Source: Escherichia coli
GTDB taxonomy: Bacteria > Pseudomonadota > Gammaproteobacteria > Enterobacterales > Enterobacteriaceae
DNA length: 64,000 bases
Direction: 5' to 3' (one strand)
Assembly: GCF_030013595.1 (NCBI RefSeq)
Contig: NZ_CP122768.1
Shown here: piece after piece, positions 31,090 to 41,047 of the stretch
How positions within the stretch are numbered: position 1 is the first letter of the stretch
Layout of the letters: each line of letters starts with the position of its first letter
Notes under the pieces: generated by a model
What the model saw: the letters and a program-made list of their open reading frames with translations, nothing else
What the model was told of the DNA's origin: nothing
Database searches by the model: none
Translations under genes and position numbers: made by a program

Positions 31090-32042
31090 AAATTGCGCTG
31101 GTTATTTTCATCACCCTTGCCCTGGCGGGCTGTGCGCTGTTATCACTCCATATGGGAGTGATCCCCGTGCCGTGGCGCGCGCTGCTGACCGACTGGCAGG
31201 CCGGACGCGAGCATTATTATGTATTGATGGAGTACCGACTGCCGCGCTTGCTGCTGGCACTGTTTGTCGGTGCAGCCCTCGCCGTGGCGGGTGTGCTGAT
31301 ACAGGGGATTGTGCGCAACCCTCTGGCATCACCGGATATTCTCGGCGTTAACCATGCCGCCAGCCTGGTCTCTGTGGGGGCTCTACTTCTTATGCCGTCA
31401 CTGCCCGTGATGGTGCTGCCGCTGCTGGCCTTTGCGGGCGGCATGGCGGGGTTGATATTGCTGAAGATGCTGGCAAAGACCCACCAGCCGATGAAGCTGG
31501 CGCTCACCGGCGTGGCGCTTTCTGCATGCTGGGCCAGCCTGACGGATTATCTGATGCTCTCGCGCCCGCAGGATGTGAACAACGCCCTGCTGTGGCTGAC
31601 CGGCAGCTTATGGGGCCGTGACTGGAGCTTTGTGAAGATTGCCATCCCGCTGATGATTTTATTTCTGCCGCTGAGCCTGAGTTTTTGCCACGATCTCGAC
31701 CTCCTTGCACTCGGCGATGCGCGCGCCACCACGCTCGGTGTGTCGGTGCCCCATACCCGATTCTGGGCTTTGTTACTAGCTGTCGCCATGACATCTACCG
31801 GCGTGGCCGCCTGCGGCCCGATTAGCTTTATTGGTCTCGTGGTGCCGCATATGATGCGTAGCATCACCGGTGGACGTCACCGCAGACTGCTGCCTGTTTC
31901 GGCCCTGACAGGTGCGTTGCTGTTGGTGGTTGCCGATCTGCTGGCGAGAATTATTTATCCCCCACTGGAGCTCCCGGTTGGCGTGCTGACCGCCATTATC
32001 GGTGCGCCGTGGTTTGTCTGGTTGCTTGTGAGAATGCGATAA
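31086..32042 (+). CDS. fecD: ferric citrate ABC permease FecD
   Basis: Start at MKIALVIFITLALAG overlapping fecC stop; the 488-aa ORF in the track is an upstream over-extension in this GC-rich region. Confidence 0.92.
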   Translation: MKIALVIFITLALAGCALLSLHMGVIPVPWRALLTDWQAGREHYYVLMEYRLPRLLLALFVGAALAVAGVLIQGIVRNPLASPDILGVNHAASLVSVGALLLMPSLPVMVLPLLAFAGGMAGLILLKMLAKTHQPMKLALTGVALSACWASLTDYLMLSRPQDVNNALLWLTGSLWGRDWSFVKIAIPLMILFLPLSLSFCHDLDLLALGDARATTLGVSVPHTRFWALLLAVAMTSTGVAACGPISFIGLVVPHMMRSITGGRHRRLLPVSALTGALLLVVADLLARIIYPPLELPVGVLTAIIGAPWFVWLLVRMR

Positions 32043-32810
32043 ATGACTTTACGAACTGAAAATCTGACGGTCAGTTACGGGACAGACAAGGTACTTAACG
32101 ACGTTTCACTCTCACTGCCAACGGGGAAGATCACCGCCCTGATCGGTCCTAACGGTTGCGGGAAATCGACGCTGTTAAACTGTTTTTCGCGGCTTTTAAT
32201 GCCGCAGTCTGGCACCGTATTTCTCGGCGATAATCCCATAAATATGCTCTCATCGCGCCAGTTGGCCCGCAGGCTTTCGCTGCTGCCTCAGCACCATTTA
32301 ACGCCAGAGGGGATCACAGTCCAGGAGCTGGTTTCGTATGGTCGTAATCCCTGGCTGTCACTCTGGGGGCATCTCTCCGCTGAAGACAATGCACGAGTTA
32401 ATGTCGCCATGAACCAGACCCGGATTAATCATCTTGCCGTTCGTCGGTTAACCGAGCTTTCCGGCGGTCAGCGCCAGCGCGCATTTCTGGCGATGGTCCT
32501 GGCCCAGAATACGCCCGTTGTATTACTTGATGAACCAACCACCTATCTTGATATCAATCACCAGGTGGACCTGATGCGGTTGATGGGCGAACTCCGGACT
32601 CAGGGGAAAACGGTGGTCGCTGTGCTGCACGACCTTAATCAGGCTAGCCGGTACTGCGATCAACTGGTGGTAATGGCAAACGGGCATGTTATGGCGCAAG
32701 GCACACCAGAAGAGGTGATGACCCCAGGATTGCTGAGAACAGTATTCAGCGTGGAAGCGGAAATACACCCCGAGCCGGTATCTGGCAGGCCGATGTGCCT
32801 AATGAGGTAG
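32043..32810 (+). CDS. fecE: ferric citrate ABC ATPase FecE
   Basis: 255 aa with Walker A GPNGCGKST and ABC signature LSGGQRQR. Confidence 0.95.
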   Translation: MTLRTENLTVSYGTDKVLNDVSLSLPTGKITALIGPNGCGKSTLLNCFSRLLMPQSGTVFLGDNPINMLSSRQLARRLSLLPQHHLTPEGITVQELVSYGRNPWLSLWGHLSAEDNARVNVAMNQTRINHLAVRRLTELSGGQRQRAFLAMVLAQNTPVVLLDEPTTYLDINHQVDLMRLMGELRTQGKTVVAVLHDLNQASRYCDQLVVMANGHVMAQGTPEEVMTPGLLRTVFSVEAEIHPEPVSGRPMCLMR

Positions 32811-33347
32811 ATTGCACAGGCCGTAAGAACCAAACCACGACTGAATGAAACTGGACTGGCGCCAGCAAGCCAGTTCAGACTGGGGCTGAACTTTTCCGGA
32901 CTCTGAAAGATTACCAATACTCATCGTCCATCCGCTTGCTTTAGGCTGACAGGTTCATAATCAACGCAAACCAGAGCTGTACAGGCTTGGGCGCGGCTTT
33001 CAAACCAGTCGTGATCACGGCAATCAATTTTGAACTCTGCTTAACGGACATTTCTGTATAACCCTTACGGCAACGAAAAACGCGAAGTTAAAATTTTAGA
33101 AACCCAAAAACGTGACATGACTAAGTTTAGATTTCAGGGGGGAGATCAAAAAATTTCGCTCTGTGCCAGAGCGGACATTCATGGAGCTGGTTCATTACCA
33201 ATGAGGTTGGGCTTTTGAGGATAAATCAATGATCAGACGCCAACGTAAATCAAAAGCAACCCTGGAACGGAATTGCTAATCCAGTTTCTGACCATCGATT
33301 TTTCTAAAAAGTGTGCGTTTGCTACTACTTAGGTAGGTGCAGCTTTC

Positions 33348-34662
33348 TTAATCACCGGCAGCCACGCTGGTCTGTTTACTGTCGTACTTACTGGTGTCCT
33401 GCTGGCTGCTTATCAGCAGGTCGTGGCCCACATCGGCGATAATCCTGTTGCCGTTGACCTGAGCACCGTTCAGTACCGTATCCCGACCACTGTTGATGGT
33501 GACGGTTTTACCGCTGTCTGTTGTGGTTTCAGTCCACTCAGTACCGTTACCTTTCTCGCTGCCTTTTGCCGCATTAACGCTGGCAAAGACGCTGATACCG
33601 GCACCGTTACCACCGGCACCGATACTGACACCCACGCCACCGCCAGCCCCGGTTATCAATGGTGCTGAGGTAGTCACTCCATGAATACGTGTAATCCACC
33701 AGGGTATAGCCATACGGCAGACTGACACCGGCGGCAAAATTCCTCGCATCATGTGACACCGAAAAGTCACTGCTCCGTCCCCCGCTGACAAACCAGTTGT
33801 CAGCCAGCCCCAGAGGATTATTAAAGGAAAGGACACCATTTAACTGCCCCGTACCGGTATTCTTCTGCCCGCTGTTGTCGATGCCCACGCTCCCTGTGAC
33901 TGGCCATTCCGGCAATGCCGTCAGTGTCACCACCGACCATCCCTCACGGTCACCGGGCGATATTTCAATCTGTACCGGTTCCGTACGCAGACGATTAATC
34001 TGCTCCATCCCCTGCTCAATATCCCGCAGGTTCAGAACCTTCCCCTCCATTCCCGGGAAAACCATCTTCAGGGTGCGGGCAGGAAGGTCAGCGCCTTCCG
34101 CCCGGATTTGCTGCAGCCTGCCTTCCATGACCGTTATGTGCAGTACGCCCCCTGAAAGGTCCTGCTCTGTCAGAAAGGCCCGGCTGGTGATATATCCCCG
34201 GCGTATATAGCCGTCCGTCACGGCATCCGTGACCGCAGTCAGGCCGGTGATATTCAGACACTGATTCACCCACGGTGCCACCAGTCTGTCGGTTTCTGCA
34301 GACGTCAGTCGGGTGGCCCCACTGACAACAATGCGTGACACCGTAAAGCAGGGGCCTTCAGTACCGGCAGACGTTTCCGGAGACGGCGTGATAGTCAGCG
34401 GCGCACTGCGCTCCAGCGCATCACGCTGATGCTGGTTTTCATCCAGCAACTGCTGCTGTTGCTGCTGAATTGCACTGCGGTCACCCGGAGACAGCATGGC
34501 TGCCGGAGACGAAAATGCGGGGATAAAAAAACCAGAAAAAACGGAGAGGGAGAGATAGCATATCCACGGAGAGCCACGCCGGAACATATCACAACAGGGG
34601 ACAGACAACGCACGGGATAAAAGGGACGTTTTCGTCAGAATGTTGTTCTGCCGGCGCTGCAT
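33348..34662 (-). pseudogene. two-partner-secretion locus remnant: truncated TpsB (ShlB/FhaC/CdiB-family) transporter plus out-of-frame glycine-rich hemagglutinin-like fragment
   Basis: 351-aa ORF has signal-peptide region, poly-Gln stretch and POTRA-like N-terminal half but ends prematurely; an overlapping 163-aa ORF in another frame is Gly/Thr/Asn-rich like TpsA passenger repeats. Confidence 0.6.
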
Positions 34663-35177
34663 GTTCTCCCCGTATTCTGGCCTGTGTGATGCCAGTGTAA
34701 ATTCATGTCAAAAAGTGTCAGCGAGAAAATTTACACCTGAAAAAGTCTGTCATGAAACAGTTTTATGACAAGACATCAAAAAAATGTCAAAAACGTGATC
34801 TTTCTTCAGCTTTTCAGAATATTGAGTACCAGGAAGTCAATATCAATTCTGGGACACATATGCATTTACCATTAAAACCGGGCACAACAAGCTGTTCAGT
34901 CTCAATCCATACCCCGTGTTTTATCAATATCAGAATAAGAATATCTGCGGATAAATAAAAAAGGAATGTCGAGGGAGCTTACCGCAGAGGGCTCTCCACC
35001 TCACAAACCATTTACAAAAATGATACCGGCATATCTTTGGTCCCTGTCACAACCAGACATTGACAATCCAATATAACCCCAAATATATTTCGGGTAAGAA
35101 GTCTGGGATTTATACAGATATACTGTCTGTTATTACTATTTAATTATATAATTGTATTGCATACATAAGAGGCACTA

Positions 35178-35567
35178 ATGAAACGTTATATAAAATGGTT
35201 TGCCATCACAATTTTTATCAGTATGTTGAGTGCCTGTGCCCGTACGGCCCCAGTGCAACAGATAAGCACCACTGTCAGTGTGGGTCATACTCAGGAGCAG
35301 GTTAAAAATGCCATTTTGAAAGCAGGTGCGCAGCGCAAGTGGATTATGACGCAAGTGTCCCCTGGAGTTATTAAAGCTCGCTATCAAACACGAAATCACG
35401 TTGCAGAGGTTCGTATTACATATACAGCTACCTACTATAACATCAAATATGACAGTAGCCTGAATCTGCAGGCTTCTGATGGAAAAATTCATAAAAACTA
35501 TAACCGCTGGGTGCGTAACCTAGATAAAGATATACAGGTTAACTTATCTACAGGAGCAACGTTATAG
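35178..35567 (+). CDS. apeA: small lipoprotein, first gene of the APE-type cluster
   Basis: 129 aa with lipobox ISMLSAC; sits 64 bp upstream of the methyltransferase gene; symbol assigned by gene order in the published ape nomenclature. Confidence 0.6.
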   Translation: MKRYIKWFAITIFISMLSACARTAPVQQISTTVSVGHTQEQVKNAILKAGAQRKWIMTQVSPGVIKARYQTRNHVAEVRITYTATYYNIKYDSSLNLQASDGKIHKNYNRWVRNLDKDIQVNLSTGATL

Positions 35568-35631
35568 TGATGCTGATATCGGGCTGGAATGGCCCGATAG
35601 TATTTAACTTTCTCTATAAGAATGGTTATAT

Positions 35632-36690
35632 ATGTACGAACAGGACACGCTCAGCGCACTGGATGCCATCACCGAAGCACAGCGGATTGCCTTTGCTCCT
35701 ATGCTTTTCCAGGCAGCTTTGTGCCTGCGCAATGCAGGAATATTAGATTATTTGGATCAACAGGGTAAACAGGGAGCTCCCCTTAATGCGATTACTGAGC
35801 ACACAGTCCTGAATGAATATGCCGTGGGTGTGTTACTGGATATGGGCTTAAGCGGGCGAATTATTACCTGTAAAGAGGGAATTTATTACCTGGCGAAAAT
35901 CGGTCATTACCTCCTGCATGACACTATGACTCGCGTGAATATGGATTTCACCCAGGATGTCTGTTACCAGGGGCTCTTCTTCCTTGCCGATTCACTCAAT
36001 GAAGGAAAACCTTCCGGGTTAAAAGTATTTGGCGACTGGCCGACGATATATCCGGCACTTTCGCAATTACCAGACGCCGCACGTGATAGCTGGTTTGCGT
36101 TTGATCATTACTATTCAGATGGCGCATTTAACGCCGCACTGCCTTATGTATTCGCCAACAACCCCACAACCTTGTACGATGTGGGTGGCAATACGGGTAA
36201 GTGGGCTTTGCGCTGCTGCAAATTCAATGAAAACATCGCCGTTACGTTATTAGATCTGCCACAACAAATCGTACTGGCGAAAGAAAATATCGCGAATGCA
36301 GGTTTTTCTGATCGCATAGATTTCCATGCGGTGGATATGCTAAGCGATGCCCCATTACCAGGCGAGGCTGATATCTGGTGGATGAGCCAATTTTTAGACT
36401 GTTTTTCACCCGAACAAATAATTAGCATACTCAGCAAAATTGCCAGCGTAATGAAGCCTGGCGCAAAACTTTGCATCATGGAGTTGTTCTGGGATGCACA
36501 GCGGTTTGAAGCGACATCGTTTAGCCTGAATGCATCCTCACTTTATTTTACCTGCATGGCAAACGGTAACAGCCGTTTCTATAGTGCAGAGAAATTTTAC
36601 GACTATCTGAATAAAGCAGGATTCCAGGTAGCAGAGTGTCACGATAATTTAGGCGTTGGGCATACACTTTTGATATGCCAAAAGAAATAA
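35632..36690 (+). CDS. apeB: class I SAM-dependent O-methyltransferase
   Basis: 352 aa; motif I LYDVGGNTGKWAL and overall plant-type O-MT-like length with N-terminal dimerisation region. Confidence 0.75.
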   Translation: MYEQDTLSALDAITEAQRIAFAPMLFQAALCLRNAGILDYLDQQGKQGAPLNAITEHTVLNEYAVGVLLDMGLSGRIITCKEGIYYLAKIGHYLLHDTMTRVNMDFTQDVCYQGLFFLADSLNEGKPSGLKVFGDWPTIYPALSQLPDAARDSWFAFDHYYSDGAFNAALPYVFANNPTTLYDVGGNTGKWALRCCKFNENIAVTLLDLPQQIVLAKENIANAGFSDRIDFHAVDMLSDAPLPGEADIWWMSQFLDCFSPEQIISILSKIASVMKPGAKLCIMELFWDAQRFEATSFSLNASSLYFTCMANGNSRFYSAEKFYDYLNKAGFQVAECHDNLGVGHTLLICQKK

Positions 36691-36730
36691 TCGTCACTTA
36701 ATAATTTTGGTTTACCGCGGGCGCGCGTTG

Positions 36731-37453
36731 ATGAAATTTGCATTAAATATTACCAACTGGCAGGCACTGGCGCCTGGACTTAGCGATGTGCAGCAATGGC
36801 AAGCATGGTCGCGCCAGCCGTGGGCGATTGACCCTGCCGCGCCGTTGGCAAAATTAAGTGAACTGCCAATGATGACCGCTCGTCGTCTCAGTTCAGGCAG
36901 CAAACTGGCTGTTGAATGCGGTCTGACAATGCTACGCCGCCATCAGCCAGACGCTGTTTTGTATACCAGTCGTCATGGCGAACTGGAGCGCAATTACCGC
37001 ATTGTTCATGCACTGGCAACCGAACAGGCGCTTTCTCCGACGGACTTCGCGCTTTCCGTACACAACTCTTCCGTGGGTAACCTGACCATTGTGGCCAAAC
37101 AGCCGATCGTTTCGTCATCGCTTTCGGCTGGTCGCGACAGTTTCCAGCAAGGTTTGTGTGAAGTGCTTAGCCTGCTACAAGCGGGATACCAGCGCGTGTT
37201 GATGGTCGATTTTGATGGCTTTCTACCTGAGTTTTATCACCCGCAACTGCCCGCAGAAATGCCTACCTGGCCGTACGCCGTCGCGCTGGTGATTGAAGCT
37301 GGCGATGACTGGCAATGTGAAACGCAGCCAGCCATTGCGGTAAATGAAACAACACTGCCGCAAAGCATCTTGTTTTTACAGCACTATTTACAAAATGCAG
37401 ATGCTTTTTCACTGCCTGGCGAGCGCGTGCAATGGCGCTGGAGCCGCAGATGA
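36731..37453 (+). CDS. apeC: ketosynthase-like protein lacking active-site Cys (chain-length-factor candidate)
   Basis: 241 aa KS N-terminal-like fold without the ACSSS Cys motif or HGT/GHT histidines; start set at MKFALNITNW. Confidence 0.65.
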   Translation: MKFALNITNWQALAPGLSDVQQWQAWSRQPWAIDPAAPLAKLSELPMMTARRLSSGSKLAVECGLTMLRRHQPDAVLYTSRHGELERNYRIVHALATEQALSPTDFALSVHNSSVGNLTIVAKQPIVSSSLSAGRDSFQQGLCEVLSLLQAGYQRVLMVDFDGFLPEFYHPQLPAEMPTWPYAVALVIEAGDDWQCETQPAIAVNETTLPQSILFLQHYLQNADAFSLPGERVQWRWSRR

Positions 37454-38271
37454 GTAAGCTGATGTCGCGCCTGGGATGGGCATGGCGACTGGTCATGACC
37501 GGGTTATGTTTTGTCCTGTTTGGTCTCGGCGGCCTGCTGCTTTCAGTCGTGTGGTTTAACATATTGTTAGTTTTGGTGTGGGATACTTCCCGCCGCCGTC
37601 GTTTGGCACGTCGCAGCATTGCCGCCAGTTTTCGCCTGTTTTTAACTGTCGCGAAAGGGCTTGGCGTGCTGGATTATCGTATTGATGGCGCTGAAATTTT
37701 ACGTCAGGAACGCGGTTGCCTCGTCGTAGCCAATCATCCCACGCTGATCGATTACGTGCTGCTGGCATCAGTCATGCCAGAAACTGACTGCCTGGTGAAA
37801 AGCGCGCTGTTAAAAAATCCTTTTCTTGGCGGCGTCGTGCGAGCGGCAGATTATTTAATCAACAGCGAAGCAGAAACCCTGTTACCCCGCTGCCAACAGC
37901 GACTGGCACAGGGTGACACTATCCTGATTTTCCCCGAAGGCACACGAACGAAGCCCGGTGAAAAAATGACGTTACAGCGCGGTGCAGCGAATATTGCCGT
38001 GCGCTGCACCAGCGATTTACGCATCGTGACGATCGGCTGTAGCGAGCATCTGCTGGATAAACAAAGTAAGTGGTATGACGTCCCGCCTGCCAGGCCGTTT
38101 TTTACGGTTGAAGTCCGTGGGCGGGTAGAAATCAATAAATTTTACGATGCAACTTCACAAGAGCCGACGCTGGCTGCAAGACAGTTAAACCGGCATCTTT
38201 TGCTTCAATTACAGCAAGGTTGTTTACCTCTATCAGGAATAAATAATGCAAGCGCTTTATCTGGAAATTAA
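37450..38271 (+). CDS. apeD: PlsC-family lysophospholipid acyltransferase
   Basis: HX4D motif (ANHPTLIDY) and FPEGTR motif; N-terminal TM segment; ATGA overlap with apeC stop. Confidence 0.75.
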   Translation: MSKLMSRLGWAWRLVMTGLCFVLFGLGGLLLSVVWFNILLVLVWDTSRRRRLARRSIAASFRLFLTVAKGLGVLDYRIDGAEILRQERGCLVVANHPTLIDYVLLASVMPETDCLVKSALLKNPFLGGVVRAADYLINSEAETLLPRCQQRLAQGDTILIFPEGTRTKPGEKMTLQRGAANIAVRCTSDLRIVTIGCSEHLLDKQSKWYDVPPARPFFTVEVRGRVEINKFYDATSQEPTLAARQLNRHLLLQLQQGCLPLSGINNASALSGN

Positions 38272-38503
38272 AAACCTCATCATCAGCACCCTCAATCTGG
38301 ACGACTTGACTCCTGATGATATTGATATCAATGCGCCACTGTTTGGCGACGGTTTAGGGCTGGACTCTATCGATGCACTGGAACTGGGACTGGCAGTAAA
38401 AAATGAGTACGGCATCGTGCTCTCTGCGGAAAGCGAAGAAATGCGTCAGCACTTTTTCTCCGTCGCCACTCTGGCCTCTTTCATTGCTGCGCAACGTGCC
38501 TGA
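38246..38503 (+). CDS. apeE: acyl carrier protein
   Basis: 85 aa with phosphopantetheine attachment motif LGLDSIDALEL. Confidence 0.8.
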   Translation: MQALYLEIKNLIISTLNLDDLTPDDIDINAPLFGDGLGLDSIDALELGLAVKNEYGIVLSAESEEMRQHFFSVATLASFIAAQRA

Positions 38504-38514
38504 GGAAAACCATC

Positions 38515-38766
38515 ATGACAGACCAACAAACCATTTATCAGGAAGTCTCAGCCCTGCTGGTTAAGCTGTTTGAAATCGATCCGCAGGACATCAAACCTGA
38601 AGCGCGACTGTACGAAGATCTGGAACTGGACAGCATCGACGCCGTTGACATGATTGTGCACCTGCAAAAGAAAACCGGTAAGAAAATCAAGCCGGAAGAG
38701 TTTAAAGCAGTGCGTACAGTCCAGGATGTTGTCGAGGCTGTAGAACGCCTGCTACAAGAAGGCTAA
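38515..38766 (+). CDS. apeF: acyl carrier protein (second copy)
   Basis: 83 aa with LELDSIDAVDM motif. Confidence 0.8.
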   Translation: MTDQQTIYQEVSALLVKLFEIDPQDIKPEARLYEDLELDSIDAVDMIVHLQKKTGKKIKPEEFKAVRTVQDVVEAVERLLQEG

Positions 38767-38770
38767 TTTG

Positions 38771-39352
38771 ATGTCGGGCATTCGCTCGCTACCGATGATT
38801 AAGTTGCTGACCGGATTATTGCTGCTCGTCTGGCCTTTTTTAATCTGGCTAGGTTTGGTGCATAACAGCCTGCACTGGCTGTTGCCGCTGATGGCGCTGT
38901 TGCTTTTATTGCGCCTGCGCCAGCCCCGTCGCCAGACGGGGCCGCTCCAGGTCGTCACAAAAATCGTTGCTGTTGTGGGCATTGTATTGTGTGTCTCCAG
39001 TTTTCTGTTGAAAACGTACCAGTTACTGCTGTTTTACCCGGTAGTGGTTAACGCAGTCATGCTGGCGGTTTTTGGCGGTTCGCTGCGGTCGACAATGCCG
39101 ATAGTTGAGCGGCTGGCACGTTTGCAGGAGCCAGACCTCCCGGAAAAGGCCGTGCGATATACCCGCCGCGTAACGCAGGTCTGGTGCCTGTTTTTTATTT
39201 TCAATGGCAGTATTGCGTTATTTACCACCTTGTATGGCAACATGCCCTTGTGGACAGCCTGGAACGGTATCATTGCTTACCTTCTGATAGGTTTCCTGAC
39301 TGCAGGGGAATGGCTGATACGTCGTAAGATGATCAAACGGAAAACACCATGA
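38771..39352 (+). CDS. apeG: integral membrane protein (COG4648-like)
   Basis: Four or more hydrophobic segments; ATG at 38771 preferred over the TTG at 38768 used by the ORF track. Confidence 0.6.
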   Translation: MSGIRSLPMIKLLTGLLLLVWPFLIWLGLVHNSLHWLLPLMALLLLLRLRQPRRQTGPLQVVTKIVAVVGIVLCVSSFLLKTYQLLLFYPVVVNAVMLAVFGGSLRSTMPIVERLARLQEPDLPEKAVRYTRRVTQVWCLFFIFNGSIALFTTLYGNMPLWTAWNGIIAYLLIGFLTAGEWLIRRKMIKRKTP

Positions 39353-40707
39353 ATCAGACTCTCTCACTTTCACAGTGGTTGACAGCCTCTCGCCCTGTAA
39401 CAACTCCTGTTGCCTGGCTTGGGGAATATACCTGGACACTGGGGCATCTGCGGCATGATGTAGCGCTTTTGATCGACCATTTACGCGACCAGCCAGGCAA
39501 TCGCTGGGCACTTTGTTTTGAAAACAGCTATCTTTTTATTGTAGCGTTGTTGGCCACGCTACACTCAGGTAAAATCCCGGTAATCCCGGGCCATAATCGC
39601 GCCGCTTTGTTAAATGTACAACGCTCTTTGTTTGATTGCGTCCTGAGTGATAAAAGGCTGGGCTGGAACGGTCCACAGTTTGTTGTAAGCACATCTCACC
39701 AGATGACGACCAGCACGATAGCCTTTGATGATATTGCTTCTGACGCGTTTATTGAACTTTTCACATCGGGTTCAACCGGACAACCAAAACAAATTGCAAA
39801 ACCTGTTATCAGCCTTGATCAAGAAGCAAACATGCTGGCAACTCACTTTGCAGACCGACTACTGGGCTGTCGTTTTGTAGCATCCGTGATGCCTCAGCAC
39901 CTGTATGGGCTAACTTTCCGTATTTTTTTACCCATGGCACTTGGCCTGCCATTGCATGCCGCAATGCTCTGGTATTCTGAGCAACTTGCCGCATTAAGCC
40001 ATACCTACCGCTATGCCTTTGTCAGCAGCCCGGCGTTCCTTAAGCGACTCGACCTTCATCTGACGCCTCCCCCAGTGGAAATGATTCTCTCTGCCGGCGG
40101 TATGCTACCATGGCAGGATGTAGAGAAAACTTCCACCTGGCTGAATATATGGCCCGATGAAATCTATGGTAGTACCGAAACAGGTATTCTCGCATGGCGT
40201 TACCGTCAACAGGATAATATCCCCTGGTTTACTTTTTCTGATGTTCATCTTTCACAGGAAAGTGAGGGGGTTCGTGTCTTTTCGCCACTAATCCCTGCTG
40301 AAGGATTGGTGCTTGACGATATGTTGCAATTCAATGAAAACGGTCAGTTCCACCTGATCGGACGACGTGGTCGAGTGGTAAAAATAGAGGAGAAGCGGAT
40401 ATCACTGGTTGAAATCGAACAACGACTTCTGGCACTTGACGGTATTATGGATGTCGCTGCAATACCATTAATACGCAATGGCCGCCAGGCTATCGGTGTC
40501 GTGGTTGTACCAAATAAAGAGGCCCGTCAAATATGGCAATGCTCCGGAGGGAAAACTCTGGAGTTGTCCTGGCGCAAAGCACTATTACCATGGCTTGAAC
40601 CTGTTGCAGTACCTCGTTACTGGCGCATTATTGATGAAATACCAGTAAACAGTATGAACAAGCGTGTCTATGCGCAATTACAGGAGTTATTTCATGATAC
40701 GCCATGA
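39349..40707 (+). CDS. apeH: adenylate-forming acyl/aryl-ACP (or CoA) ligase
   Basis: 452 aa with AMP-binding core motifs TSGSTGQPK and YGSTETG; ATGA overlap with apeG. Confidence 0.8.
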   Translation: MNQTLSLSQWLTASRPVTTPVAWLGEYTWTLGHLRHDVALLIDHLRDQPGNRWALCFENSYLFIVALLATLHSGKIPVIPGHNRAALLNVQRSLFDCVLSDKRLGWNGPQFVVSTSHQMTTSTIAFDDIASDAFIELFTSGSTGQPKQIAKPVISLDQEANMLATHFADRLLGCRFVASVMPQHLYGLTFRIFLPMALGLPLHAAMLWYSEQLAALSHTYRYAFVSSPAFLKRLDLHLTPPPVEMILSAGGMLPWQDVEKTSTWLNIWPDEIYGSTETGILAWRYRQQDNIPWFTFSDVHLSQESEGVRVFSPLIPAEGLVLDDMLQFNENGQFHLIGRRGRVVKIEEKRISLVEIEQRLLALDGIMDVAAIPLIRNGRQAIGVVVVPNKEARQIWQCSGGKTLELSWRKALLPWLEPVAVPRYWRIIDEIPVNSMNKRVYAQLQELFHDTP

Positions 40708-41047
40708 AATTGAGCGCCATCTGGTTCAACCGCAGGAGATGGAAATCGTTCTATACCTTGACCCGATGCTCTACTGGTTTAATGGTCATTTTGCCGTACA
40801 GCCTCTGTTACCAGGCGTGGCCCAGTTGGACTGGGTAATGCATTATGCTACCACGCTGCTTGCTCCGGGCTGGCGTTTTCGTAGTATCCAGAATGTTAAA
40901 TTTCTGGCGCCACTTATACCTGAGACGACTGTTACCCTGCAATTAACATGGCAGGAAACAAGTCAGGTACTCACTTTCTGCTATCAGCGTCACGACGGTG
41001 ACGCCCGCCACACCGCCAGTAGCGGGAAGATCCGTCTATGTCGGTAA
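40694..41047 (+). CDS. apeI: hotdog-fold 3-hydroxyacyl-ACP dehydratase
   Basis: About 117 aa FabA/FabZ-like size; start set at MIRHEIER overlapping apeH end. Confidence 0.6.
   Translation: MIRHEIERHLVQPQEMEIVLYLDPMLYWFNGHFAVQPLLPGVAQLDWVMHYATTLLAPGWRFRSIQNVKFLAPLIPETTVTLQLTWQETSQVLTFCYQRHDGDARHTASSGKIRLCR

Noticed and set aside
30576-32042. 488-aa plus-strand ORF spanning the fecC-fecD junction
   Set aside because: Upstream over-extension of the fecD frame through GC-rich fecC sequence; the real fecD starts at 31086 with MKIALVIF and a start-stop overlap with fecC.
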